Of a DNA stretch of 64,000 nt, positions 17,270 through 28,700 are shown one piece after another (the stretch's first letter is position 1; each line of letters begins with the position of its first letter). The notes under the pieces were generated by a model. That model ran no database searches, was not told the origin of the DNA, and worked only from the letters and a program-made list of their open reading frames with translations. The stretch comes from Hormiphora californensis (Eukaryota > Animalia > Ctenophora), in assembly GCA_020137815.1 (NCBI GenBank), contig CM035359.1, forward strand, positions 434,001-498,000, given 5' to 3'. Both the position numbers and the translations under genes were made by a program.

Positions 17270-17465
17270 ACTGATAGTGATGAGAAGGATACTGATGAGA
17301 AGTTGTTAGCAGATGGAAGATGATTGTGTGTTTTTGGTAACTTATTATTTTTATTCTTTCCATTGGTTTTGTAGAGCAAAATAGTTTACTTTCTTATCAA
17401 ATATTCTGGCATCTTCCCAAATTTCTAAAAAAATAAGATCTTACCTTACTTCACCCACCAGTAAG

Positions 17466-20400
17466 ATGACAGTAGGAGAAAAGAGAGAGCAGGAAGAGAA
17501 GGATGATTCAGAGAACTCTGATGATGAGGAGAAGAAGGTTGAAACCACTGATGAACCGGTACATTTTATACTTTTTAGAAACATTTACTGGCACCAACAA
17601 CTAAAAGAATTAACCCCACCTTCCCATGACTGTGAGACAAATTACCCACTCATCACCCTTGTTGTCACCCCTTACTCACCAACATCCCCCTTAGGCGAGT
17701 TACACAAACGGCAGTGTTACCCTCACCAGTCACGTGATAAAAAATAAACGTCTCATTCCTGAGTTTATGCCTGTTATTATGGCAGCCGGGTAAGTTGGGG
17801 AATTTGGACCAGGGGAGGCGGCTGGGTAAGTTGGGGAATTTGGACCAGGGGAGGCGGCTGGGTAAGTTGGGGAATTTGGACCAGGGGAGGCGGCTGGGTA
17901 AGTTGGGGATTTGGACCAGGGGAGGCGGCTGGGTAAGTTGGGTAATTTGGACCAGGGGAGGCGGCTGGGTAAGTTAGGGCAAGTTGGGGCAGGGGTATGT
18001 TAAAAGAGATTGGGTTGTATTGTAGACCTGATGAATACCTCATAACGCCCCCTCCCTGTATAACCACCCCCCCCTATCTCTCTAGGTATGGTTCTCAGCT
18101 GTACGAACTGACTAACAACACTCCCAAATGCATGTTACCCGTTGCCAACGTACCTCTCATCTGGTTTCCAGTACAGTTCCTAATTCGTCATAACTTTAAA
18201 GGTACAGTTCCTAATTCGTCACAACTTTAAAGGTACAGTTCCTAATTCGTCACAACTTTAAAGGTACAGTTCCTAATTCGTCACAACTTTAAAGGTACAG
18301 TTCCTAATTCGTCACAACTTTAAAGGTACAGTTCCTAATTCGTCACAACTTTAAAGGTACAGTTCCTAATTCGTCACAACTTTAAAGGTACAGTTCCTAA
18401 TTCGTCACAACTTTAAAGGTACAGTTCCTAATTCGTCACAACTTTAAAGGTACAGTTCCTAGTTCGTCACAACTTTAAAGGTACACTTCCTAATTCGTCA
18501 CAACTTTAAAGGTACACCACTTTACTAACTGTAGCTATTCTAACTGTAGCTATACTAACTGAGTGTCGCAATTCAACAGTGCACACTGTGAAATGAAGTA
18601 TGCAATGGGGTTACAATTTTAAAACTAAACTTTTAACCAATGCAAGAAACACCAAGCTAATATTGCTAATTCCCACTCTGTCCCCAGAGACCTGCTAATT
18701 CCCACTCTGTCCCAAAGACCTGCTAATTCCCACTCTCTCCACAGAGACCTACATTGTCGTGAGAGAGGGAGCCAGGGAAGTGATAGAGAAGTACCTGTCA
18801 GCTCAACTAGAGAAGGAAGGGGTCAAGATGGCAGTTGAGTACGTTGTGATAGAAGACGAGAGTGAAAAAGGGACGGCAGATTCGCTGAGGATTATTGCAC
18901 CTAAAACAAAGGTATAGTTAAAGGGAAATAGTTAGAGGGGATGTAATTTGTAGGGGAAATAGTGGTGTATTGATTTATCTGAGAAAGGGTGTTGTTTGAT
19001 AAACAAACAATGTTTTTTCAGTCCAATCTCCTGGTGATTAGTGGTGATTTGATCCCCTCCCTTTTTCAGTCCAATTTACTAGTGATTAGTGGTGATCTGA
19101 TCCCCTCCCTTTTTCAGTCCAATTTACATAGTGATTAGTGGTGATCTGATCCCCTTCCTTTTTCAGTCCAATCTCCTGGTGATTAATGGTGATCTGATCC
19201 CCTCCCTTTTTCAGTCCAATCTCCTGGTGATTAGTGGTGATCTGATAACCAAGGTATCCCTCTCCGAATTGGCTAACGTCCACCGTGCATCTAATGCCTC
19301 CATCACAGCCCTCGTAGCACCTTGGTATACCCCTGCAAATCCTGAGGGAAAGAAGAAACGAAACAAGAAAGGTGATTTAGTTCATTCCCGAATACCCCGA
19401 CCTCGGGAATTGCATTTATGATGACAGTGGTCATCCGACATAATTGCCATATCTCGACAACGTGAACTTCGACGTGGAATTCGACGAGAAAAGTTTGGTT
19501 GGTTCTTCAAATTAGCGACGTTCAGTTATGAAGTTCACGTCGAGATATGGCAATTATGTCGGATGACCACAGCTGTCAATGAGACGGATAGATGATTAGG
19601 GAGACTGACCTAACATCTCCTTTTCCAGATGACAGAGATTTTGTTGGATTGGACCCCTCTGACAATAGGATACTTTTCTTATCAAACGAAAAAGATCTAG
19701 ATGATGAGGTAACAAAAGGTTCACCAGGCCGTGTGCTGTTAAATTTGATCCACGTTGTTATTGTAATGCTCAGTGGGATTAAACCTCTGTGAAACCTGTT
19801 CAGGGGGAAATTGAACTATTGAGATCTAACTCTCCTTTACAACCTCCTGTTCAGATTGTGTTTAGGAAGGGTCAGTTGTCTGTATTCCCCCACATGCGAC
19901 TGTACACAACACTCCGAGATTGTCATCTGTATATCATCAGTCAAACTGCCGTACAGGCCCTCATGAATAAACCGTGAGTGTATTAATTACTGATGGGTAC
20001 CATATTAGGGTACCTGTTTTGACGTTGGATATCGATTTCATACCATATTTGTGCACCAAACCATATTAGGGTACAAGCGGGGTCCCCGGTACCAGTCCAA
20101 TCAAATGATTTGTAACAAAGTGTGATGTATTGTCTGGGCATTTGTCTATTTAATCCCACCTCCTCACAGAGAGATTGCCATGTTGCGGTGCGAGTTCCTA
20201 CCCCTTCTGGTTCGAAAACAGATAAAACAGGTTGCCAATGCAGAACAGTTCACAGATATCTATAGTACCCTCGAACAAGGTATCATTCGAATTAATTAGT
20301 AAATACTTACTAAATAGTTAGTTCCCTCGGTCCTCGAGTAACATCACATCCTTGCACTGAGATCCGAGAAAAAAGGTTTGTTTTTCTTCTTCTTTTTCTT

Positions 20401-21918
20401 CGAGCTAACATCTGTTCTTCCTACATATCCTATGGGAAAACAGCTGGAAATTACCCTCCCTTTTTATAAACCATCCCCCTCTCAGAGACAGAAGGGGACA
20501 TCAAGTTTGCAGCCCTTGCACCTCCTGAAGAGACTGGTTGCTTCGTGCACATTACCGATGATTTTACTGTTCGAGTTAATCAATTACACAATTACATAAA
20601 ATACAACAAAGCGGTAAATACCAGATGATATAGTTACAATTTCCATATCACCAAGTTTTCAATATAACACTCTCTCTCCCTGTAAATATTACAGTTTGGA
20701 GGGTTAAAACATAACATTGCCTTGCTAGACTGTGTTTCGGGCGCCCCGTAAAGGGAGGGTTAGAACATAACAAACACAACACACATGTATTACAGGTGGG
20801 AGAGTTAATGTCTGATATGTTACCAAAACACACCCCTCCTGCAACAGTAAAATCTTTCGAGGAAACTCAATATGGTGTACATCAGCAAACACAGGTATTA
20901 TGATGTCATCGATGTGATGACGTAATCAAGGCTTGTTACACGATATTATACATGACCGTGTTAAAATCAGAGAGACAGAGGGAGAGTGGGGTATGTAACG
21001 CGCGATGACATGCTTGTGAGGGTTGGGATTTGTTGCGCGCGCAACACTGCCGTTCTGAAGGGAATTGACCAAGAATTGGGTGATACATTGAACTGATATG
21101 TTTTGATTCGTTCTGTCTGATGTCTCATGTGTGTCTGGCAGCACCGACCCGACTTTCACCCGATCTGAGAACCGAAACATAGTCTGTTAATAAGACAGTG
21201 TGTGGTTTGTAATATCAACCCTTCTTTAGGTCTGTAAACTATCAAGAGTTAGTGAAGAAGTAGCGATTGAAGGAAAGTGTAGTGTGAAGAGAAGTTTTAT
21301 CGGATGTGGAGTAAAGGTAAATAACTCTACCTTCCCTCTCTCAAGCCCGGCCCTTTTATCTCTTCAAAATCGCCCATCTTCTCTCTTCCCTGAATCTCAG
21401 TATCTACCTCTCCCTCCTTAATTGTGTATTCCCCTCGCTCTATGGCTAGATCTAGCCACAACTCCGATTACCTCTCTACCCTACTTTTCTATCCAGATAG
21501 GTGCCCATTCCCGTATTGCGGACTGTGTCATCATGAGTGGAGTAACTATCGAGAGTAATGTGACTCTTTCTAACTCTGTGATTTGTCCTGGTGCGATCAT
21601 TCGGTCAAAGTCAAACTTAAAAGGTCAGTACATGTTTTCCCCTCTCCCGATTTAGGGATAATATCACGGATATCCTAAATTTCAGAATTTGCTTAAACTA
21701 TTATACCGGAGACATGTTTTCATTCTCTAAAAGAGGTACAATTTACAAATATTCTCCCATTCTATGCAGATTGTCGAGTGTGCGATGGTTACGAAGTTCG
21801 AAGTGGCAGCGAATTCACTGACGAAACTCTGATAGGAGATGAGGAGAATATGATGTCATTTAGCATAGACAATAGCAATAACAATTCATCTTCGAGCGAC
21901 GAAAACGTGTTGAGATAA
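17466..21918 (+). CDS. EIF2B3: Translation initiation factor eIF2B gamma subunit (multi-exon)
   Basis: EFMPVIMAAGYGSQLYELTNNTPKCMLPVANVPLIWFP, GTADSLRIIAPK..LLVISGDLIT, RDFVGLD..RILFLSNEKDLDDE, LRDCHLY and a C-terminal hexapeptide beta-helix. Canonical GT-AG exons; stop at 21916-21918. Confidence 0.9.
17787..17975 (+). repeat. 36-bp donor-spanning tandem array (x5)
   Basis: Unit gg|gtaagttggggaatttggaccaggggaggcggct begins at the EIF2B3 donor. Confidence 0.85.
18171..18515 (+). repeat. 31-bp tandem array (x11); first copy exonic, ending at the donor
   Basis: Unit gtacagttcctaattcgtcacaactttaaag; the first copy encodes VQFLIRHNFK. Confidence 0.95.
18665..18750 (+). repeat. Acceptor-spanning tandem triplication
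   Basis: gctaattcccactctgtccccag|agacct x3; the last copy is the functional acceptor. Confidence 0.8.
19014..19245 (+). repeat. 48-bp acceptor-spanning tandem array (x5)
   Basis: Unit ttttcag|tccaatctcctggtgattagtggtgatctgatcccctccct; the last copy encodes SNLLVISGDLI. Confidence 0.9.
19422..19579. mobile_element. Small intronic MITE
   Basis: gtggtcatccgacataattgccatatctcgac mirrors gtcgagatatggcaattatgtcggatgaccac. Confidence 0.75.
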
Positions 21919-22717
21919 TTTTGACATTTTGTGTGTTTTGATGTTATTTTCACCCCATGGGAATTGATGTGTTTTACTTTTTACTGGTGTTCAGGAGGAA
22001 GTGAGAAGGAAGACACTACTGGCAAGCGATTTTGAAATAAAATTATGGTGTGAGCCGCACAAGTTTGAGAAAATTCAAACACCCGTCATATCATTTCAAT
22101 TCCGGTATCTCGCTTCCTAATTTGCTCGTGTAAGCAGTGCTGAAATGCCATACTTTGTTTAAGGTTAGATATTTCGCGCGCACTGCGCTGCGTCTGTTGA
22201 TGCAGCTCAAATCGAGCTGATGCCGGTTTTTCTAATCGGCCATTTTCAACCGGTTTGTTGTTACCTGGTATCTCAAATTACAACATTTCCTACAATGCAG
22301 ATAGAGCCATCAATATACCAGTCACTATGTGTTGTCCCATTAGTCAACTGGTGAACGAAGCCAACCGTACCAGAAATAAATCATTCATAACAAATAGTTT
22401 TGGAGTTTTCCAATGAATTTGAAATCGAACATTTACATGGGTTATATAAACTGTGAAACTGTGTGAGTCACTTCTTATACACTTGTATTAAATCTAACCA
22501 ATAATCTAACAAAGTCTAGTGTTCTACTGTTTTCATTTTTCAACAAACACTCTTAACCAGTATAATAACCCCTCTATTCTACAGTTTCCGGGTTCATTAC
22601 CAACTGAATTGAGAGTTCAATTTGAAACAATATATGAACAACTTCCAGTCTAAGAAGTACTAAGCTAACCCAAGGAAGTATAACACTTTGACATTGGTCT
22701 TGAGGGCTGAGGGAGGG

Positions 22718-25700
22718 TTACACTTTGACATTGTCATTAGTCTTTAGCCTGTGTTTCATTAGGTCGAGAGCTGCTACTGCGTCTTCAGTACTGTCATGAC
22801 CCGCATCTGGAAAGGAAGGGGAGTTTAGAAGAAAGAGAGCGTTTAGAAGAAAGGAGTGTTTAGAAGATAAGAAGGGAAGGGTACTTGAGGTTGCTTAGGA
22901 CTGGGTCTTTGTTTCCTAAATGTTGTTTAAAGAATACATAGGCAAACTCCATAAGTGAAACATATCAACCATGTCTCAGTAGTAGGAAGACTTCATAACA
23001 TTTACCTGCGGATTGTATGATACGACCAAGACATTCTGCTGACAGGGTGGCTAGTCCCCTTTTATATCCTCCCCCGTAGTACACTAGAGATGTGTCAACC
23101 ACGTTCCGGTGTATCATCTGAGTAAGGGTGTTGGAACATGTTAGAAGGGTGTTAAAACATGTTAGAAGGGTGTTAGGACATTTTAGAATTGCCCCAACCA
23201 CTACTATCTTTGCTTCGAACCTGTAAAGCGTGTAGATCACTCTCCAGACTGTGCCCAACTAATATACAATCAACTGTAATCAGCTTGTACAGTGCTTTCT
23301 GTGCATCAAACAACTTTGCCTTAACTTTGGACAAACTCTTCTCAGTCACACCTGAGTACCTGGAGATGAAGGACGAAGGTAAACAACGATATAATGGTAC
23401 TGAATCATTAAAAGTGTTATTAATTGCTCCTTGTTTTTAATGAGTTCAACCACATAATGAGAGTGCTGTCTGTCTCTCTTTTTACCTGGTATTATAATCC
23501 AGGACCCTTGCAGTAGGTACAACCAGCATGTCAATGGAAGTGTCTCCCTTGTGATCCACTACTGTCATCCTAGCGAGCTCCATACCATCTGGAGAGAGAA
23601 ATATAGTGTTAGGCAATGGTAAACTATGTTAGACGAGAGAAAGATTGTTTGATAATGTTATACAATCTTTACTCTTTAGGTATGAGTACGAGAAATGGTT
23701 TGAGAGAGAGGGAGAGGGATTTAGCTTCTCATGACTCAAGGCCAGCAGGTAGCACCTCTACAGAGTCAGGGGGTAAAGCCAAGTCCTGATATACGAAACG
23801 TCTTATCTGCAAAGCTTTACAGCAAATTCTTGGACCTTGGTCCAATGCCAATATATATATTCTGGTATGCAGGTCAGAATTAGTGGATCTAAATCCATGG
23901 AGGGATGATGTGTGAACAATGTTCATATCATCTCTCCACAAGTATTCAACTACATTCTACACACAACTACACACAACTACACACACTAGCCTGCTATTCT
24001 CACCTGCAGTGTAGACCATTTCACAGTCAAGACCCCAAACAGATGGGGCCCTATCTCGCTTCTTGGCTCTGAAATAACCTGAAATAGAGATACTGTTATT
24101 ATAAGGAAATAAGTTATAGGATGGGAAATGTGTTTTTGACCGTAGTGTTTCATAAAGTTAAGGAATGCAACTAAATAGAGAGATTGGAGATACACCCACA
24201 CACTACTTACTAGTCCAGTCCCTATTAGGGTATTCCACAGTGTGAACATGTCCAGTTGCCACCGCACACCCCGGACTCCCGTCCCCCTGGTTGCAACAAT
24301 CGTACTGCCGGACCTTATCCAACTCCCCCTTGGGACCCCTGGTGCTGCGGTTCCGGGACTTGCCACTGTGGTGAATGCACCTGAGGGAGGGGTTGTCAAC
24401 TGGTAGCAAGAACAACATTCTTGATAGGAACCGACAGTCAGATACAGTTGGACCCCGTTTTACCGGCCTCCGAATAACCGATTTAAATCGGGATCCGACT
24501 GTTTTGTAACAATAAATTAACCAACAACTAGATAATTAACTAACAATTAAATAATTAAACAACTAAACTTAACTAACTATTAATTACCTTTCAGATCGGA
24601 TGTATTCTCCCTCCTCAGTCAGTTCAAATAACTTGCTGCACCTCACACAATGGTTACCCTCTAATACAGGGGGTTTGTACTCGTAGTATCCCGGGTAGAA
24701 ATTCTTCTTCAACTCCGTCTGAAGGTTAGGAGTGTTAAATGTGTTCTAACCCTCCTTTACGCGGTGAGAGAGTCGAGCAAGGCACAAACAACAACATCAA
24801 TAAGAGTCTGAGGGTATGATGGCTCAGTTCAGAACCCTAAGGCCTAAGGGGACAGAGAGACACAGTGTGTTATCAGGTTGTTACCTTTGATACTTTGTAC
24901 TTCAGTATAGATGTGTAAAGGAGCTGCTGTTTTGTAAGAGAGGATCCACCTGTTGATTTAGTTGCTGATTCCTGAGAGAGTGAGTAATATGAAGAACAGA
25001 ATAACAAATAGAAACACGTTGGTTTACGATTACTCGTTCGTTACGTTGCATTTCGTTTCACTTTTGCTTGTCTCAGACACCAAAAAGGGCTATTTTCCTC
25101 AATAAAATGCAACTCAAATCTGTCTCTAGTTCTCATTTCCATCACACATGACCTCCCAGTTACCACTGAATTGTCTCTCAGGCCTGGCCTAGTCTCCTCA
25201 CTAAACTACAGCTACATTCTTGGCCAATATTAGCTCTTCTCCTCACTAAAATGCAACTTAAATCCGCCTCAAATACCAATATTCGAGAAAATATGATCTC
25301 TCGGTCAACAGCGAGCAGTCTCCCCGGCAACGCACAGTCCAATAGTTGGTTTAGGGCTGCAATTTTGGCCAAAATCGACCAAAACTTTGGAATTTCGCAT
25401 TTAATTAAATTTGGGAAACTTTGTACTTTGCCATTGCGTGTTTGATAAAGGAGCACTAACAAGTCACAGAGCAGAATTATATTCATTACTCGTTCGTTAC
25501 GTTGCATTTCGTTTCACTTTTGCTTGTCTCAGACACCAAAAAGGGCTATTTTCCTCAATAAAATGCAACTCAAATCTGTCTCTAGTTCTCATTTCCATCA
25601 CACATGACCTCCCAGTTACCACTGAATTGTCTCTCAGGCCTGGCCTAGTCTCCTCACTAAACTACAGCTACATTCTTGGCCAATATTAGCTCTTCTCCTC

Positions 25701-28700
25701 ACTAAAATGCAACTTAAATCCGCCTCAAATACCAATATTCGAGAAAATATGATCTCTCGGTCAACAGCGAGCAGTCTCCCCGGCAACGCACAGTCCAATA
25801 GTTGGTTTAGGGCTGCAATTTTGGCCAAAATCGACCAAAACTTTGGAATTTCGCATTTAATTAAATTTGGGAAACTTTGTACTTTGCCATTGCGTGTTTG
25901 ATAAAGGAGCACTAACAAGTCACAGAGCAGAATTCTATTCATTACTCGTTCGTTACGTTGCATTTCGTTTCACTTTTGCTTGTCTCAGACACCAAAAAGG
26001 GCTATTTTCCTCAATAAAATGCAACTCAAATCTGTCTCTAGTTCTCATTTCCATCACACATGACCTCCCAGTTACCACTGAACTGTCTCTCAGGCCTGGC
26101 CTAGTCTCCTCACTAAACTACAGCTACATTCTTGGCCAATATTACCCACCGCCCCACCCCCACCCGCCCTCCCCCACCCACCTCTCCCAATATAGCGGGC
26201 ATTGCTAAACACCACACTACAGAGAAAATCCTTGTGTTTTGGTGCACTAAGTCGCTTATCGCGTGTAACAATTAATAAATGTTCTTATCTGTCCCATCCG
26301 CATAGTATTCTAGAACATTTTACAGTCTATTGCATTGTATTGGTGCTACATTCAGTCCTACCCCTTATCTGTGTTTAATCGTTTTTGTTTATCTTCATCT
26401 CCACTGGAAATGGATACACCTCTCATCTCATAATCAACAACATCACGGTACCAATCATCCATCAAAATTCTGTAAGTTCACCTGTCCGTATTGTCTGTTC
26501 ACAGATCTATATTATAATTTGGAGATGAACGTCGTCGAAGTCGTTCGTTAGGCGGTATCTACGCGACAGTGCTCCTTCATAAAACACTATATGTGCCCAA
26601 AGCTGTAAAGCTGTTGCTTACACTTTTGGAACTTCCAATGGAAGTTTCTCAATATTTCGAATGACTTTTAACAGGCCAGTCACCATAGTTACCAATTCAG
26701 TTGCCATGGCAACCGTGTTATTAACGTTGAAAGGGGCGAAAAGAACCACCCGGCGAAGCCGGGTGGGTTAACAAAAAGCCCTTATATTGAGGCGCACCCA
26801 ATGGGTGCGCTAGTTGTGTAAAGTTTATATTGTGAATGTAATTACAAGTTTACAAGTTTACAAGTTTACAAAATTAGATTCGGCATACAATGCATTATAA
26901 AGACAAATATACCACGTTCTCAGCATGATGCTTCCCGTTTTTATTCCGAAAATTTTTCGTAGCATGGAATCCGTTGACCTCGATTCACAGTTTGACTTTT
27001 TCTTCTTTGTGTGTAAGGTTTCACGCGCCTCTTGGTGTTCCAAAGTAGCACCCCAGTTTTAACCTTTATCATTGTAGGGCGCCATTGTAGGCAGATGTTT
27101 TTTGTGATTTTCATCATCTGGTGGGCGGGCTTGTAGTCGGGGTGGATAACTGCTTCGCGATTTCCAAGCTAACAGTTTTTATCGGGTAGCCTGAGTTACC
27201 AAATCTAACACACCGAGTATCAAGTGCCGATGTTTTCATTAACTCTTGCCTCATCCCACTACAAAACTCACTCCCTGCTAACACCCACCAATCTAGTTTC
27301 GACATGGAGAATATGTACCCCTCGATACCAACTGATGACAGAGCTATGGATCTAGTATTACATTATGTGAGAAATACTCCTAACATAGATCTGTTAGGCT
27401 TCAACCCCGAGCACATCATCCAAATGCTCAGGTTCGTAACTAGCCATACGTACATTCAAAGTGGAGGCAATTTCTACCGTCAGATTACTGGAATTGGTAC
27501 AGGATACCATAGTTCAGGAGCCTATGCTGAGATCATTGTGGACCATCTATACAACCGGACACTGGACGTGACGCCCGATGAAGAGAAACCTCTCTCACTT
27601 GCTACCTATGTCGACGACAGTCATAGCCTATGGACCAAACGTGAACACTGTGACAAATTCATTGAAAAACTCGGAAACATCTGGTCATCAGTAAAATTTA
27701 CAAGAGAAGAGGCAACAGAACCAGCAGTAGGAGTCTCAGAAATCTCTTTTCTCGACCTGACCGTTAGAACCACCAACAACGGAGGAGAAACATCTCTAAC
27801 GTGGGAACTCTTTCAGAAGAGCACCCACAGTGGAAGCTACCTCAACTATCACTCCCACTGTGCAGAAGTTATAAAACTAAATATAATCCGCACAGAAACA
27901 AAACGCATCCTCAACAGGTGTTCCACAGTTGACCTAGCATTCCCTCACCTTGAAAAACTGAGAGAAAATCTAGTCAACACAGGCTATCCGATAAAAACTG
28001 TTAGCTTGGAAATCGCGAAGCAGTTATCCACCCCGACTACAAGCCCGGCCCCACCAGATGATGAAAAATCCAACAAAATATACATCATGAAACTGCCATA
28101 CACCAATGAGGGCGCCCTACGAAAGGTGAAGAAAGCAGTTAAAGAATCTGGGCTGCCGATACGTGTGGTAACATCTTCGGGAAGAACTGTTGCTAGCATG
28201 GTGAAAAACCATTACAACAACAAAGAAGAAAACAGTCAAAACTGTGAATGCGAGCTGCATCAACATGGCATTCCATGCTCGACGGAAAACGTAGTGTACC
28301 GTGCTTCGTGCAACCTATGCAACAACGGTACCTACATAGGTGTGACAAGCCGCCCACTGAAACACAGGATCGCCGAGCACGAGACTCACACCAGATTGGG
28401 ACATGTGGACTGCTCCGCAGTAGCAGAACATGCTAATGAGATGCACCCGGAGCTCATATACGGACAAGCAGGGAGAAGGGAATACGATGCATTCTTCAAT
28501 ATTTTCAATTTTGATATAATAAATAAGGGTAGAGACCCCATAGACGCCTATCTCAGAGAGAGCCGTGCCATTACACGACTAAGGCCACCATTGAACAAAA
28601 TGTGCAACAACGGGTTCATTTTTTAGTTTTTTGTTATAATATTTCATGTGTAAATTAATGTAAATAAGAGTTTTTTATGAAGGAGCAGTATTGTGGATTC

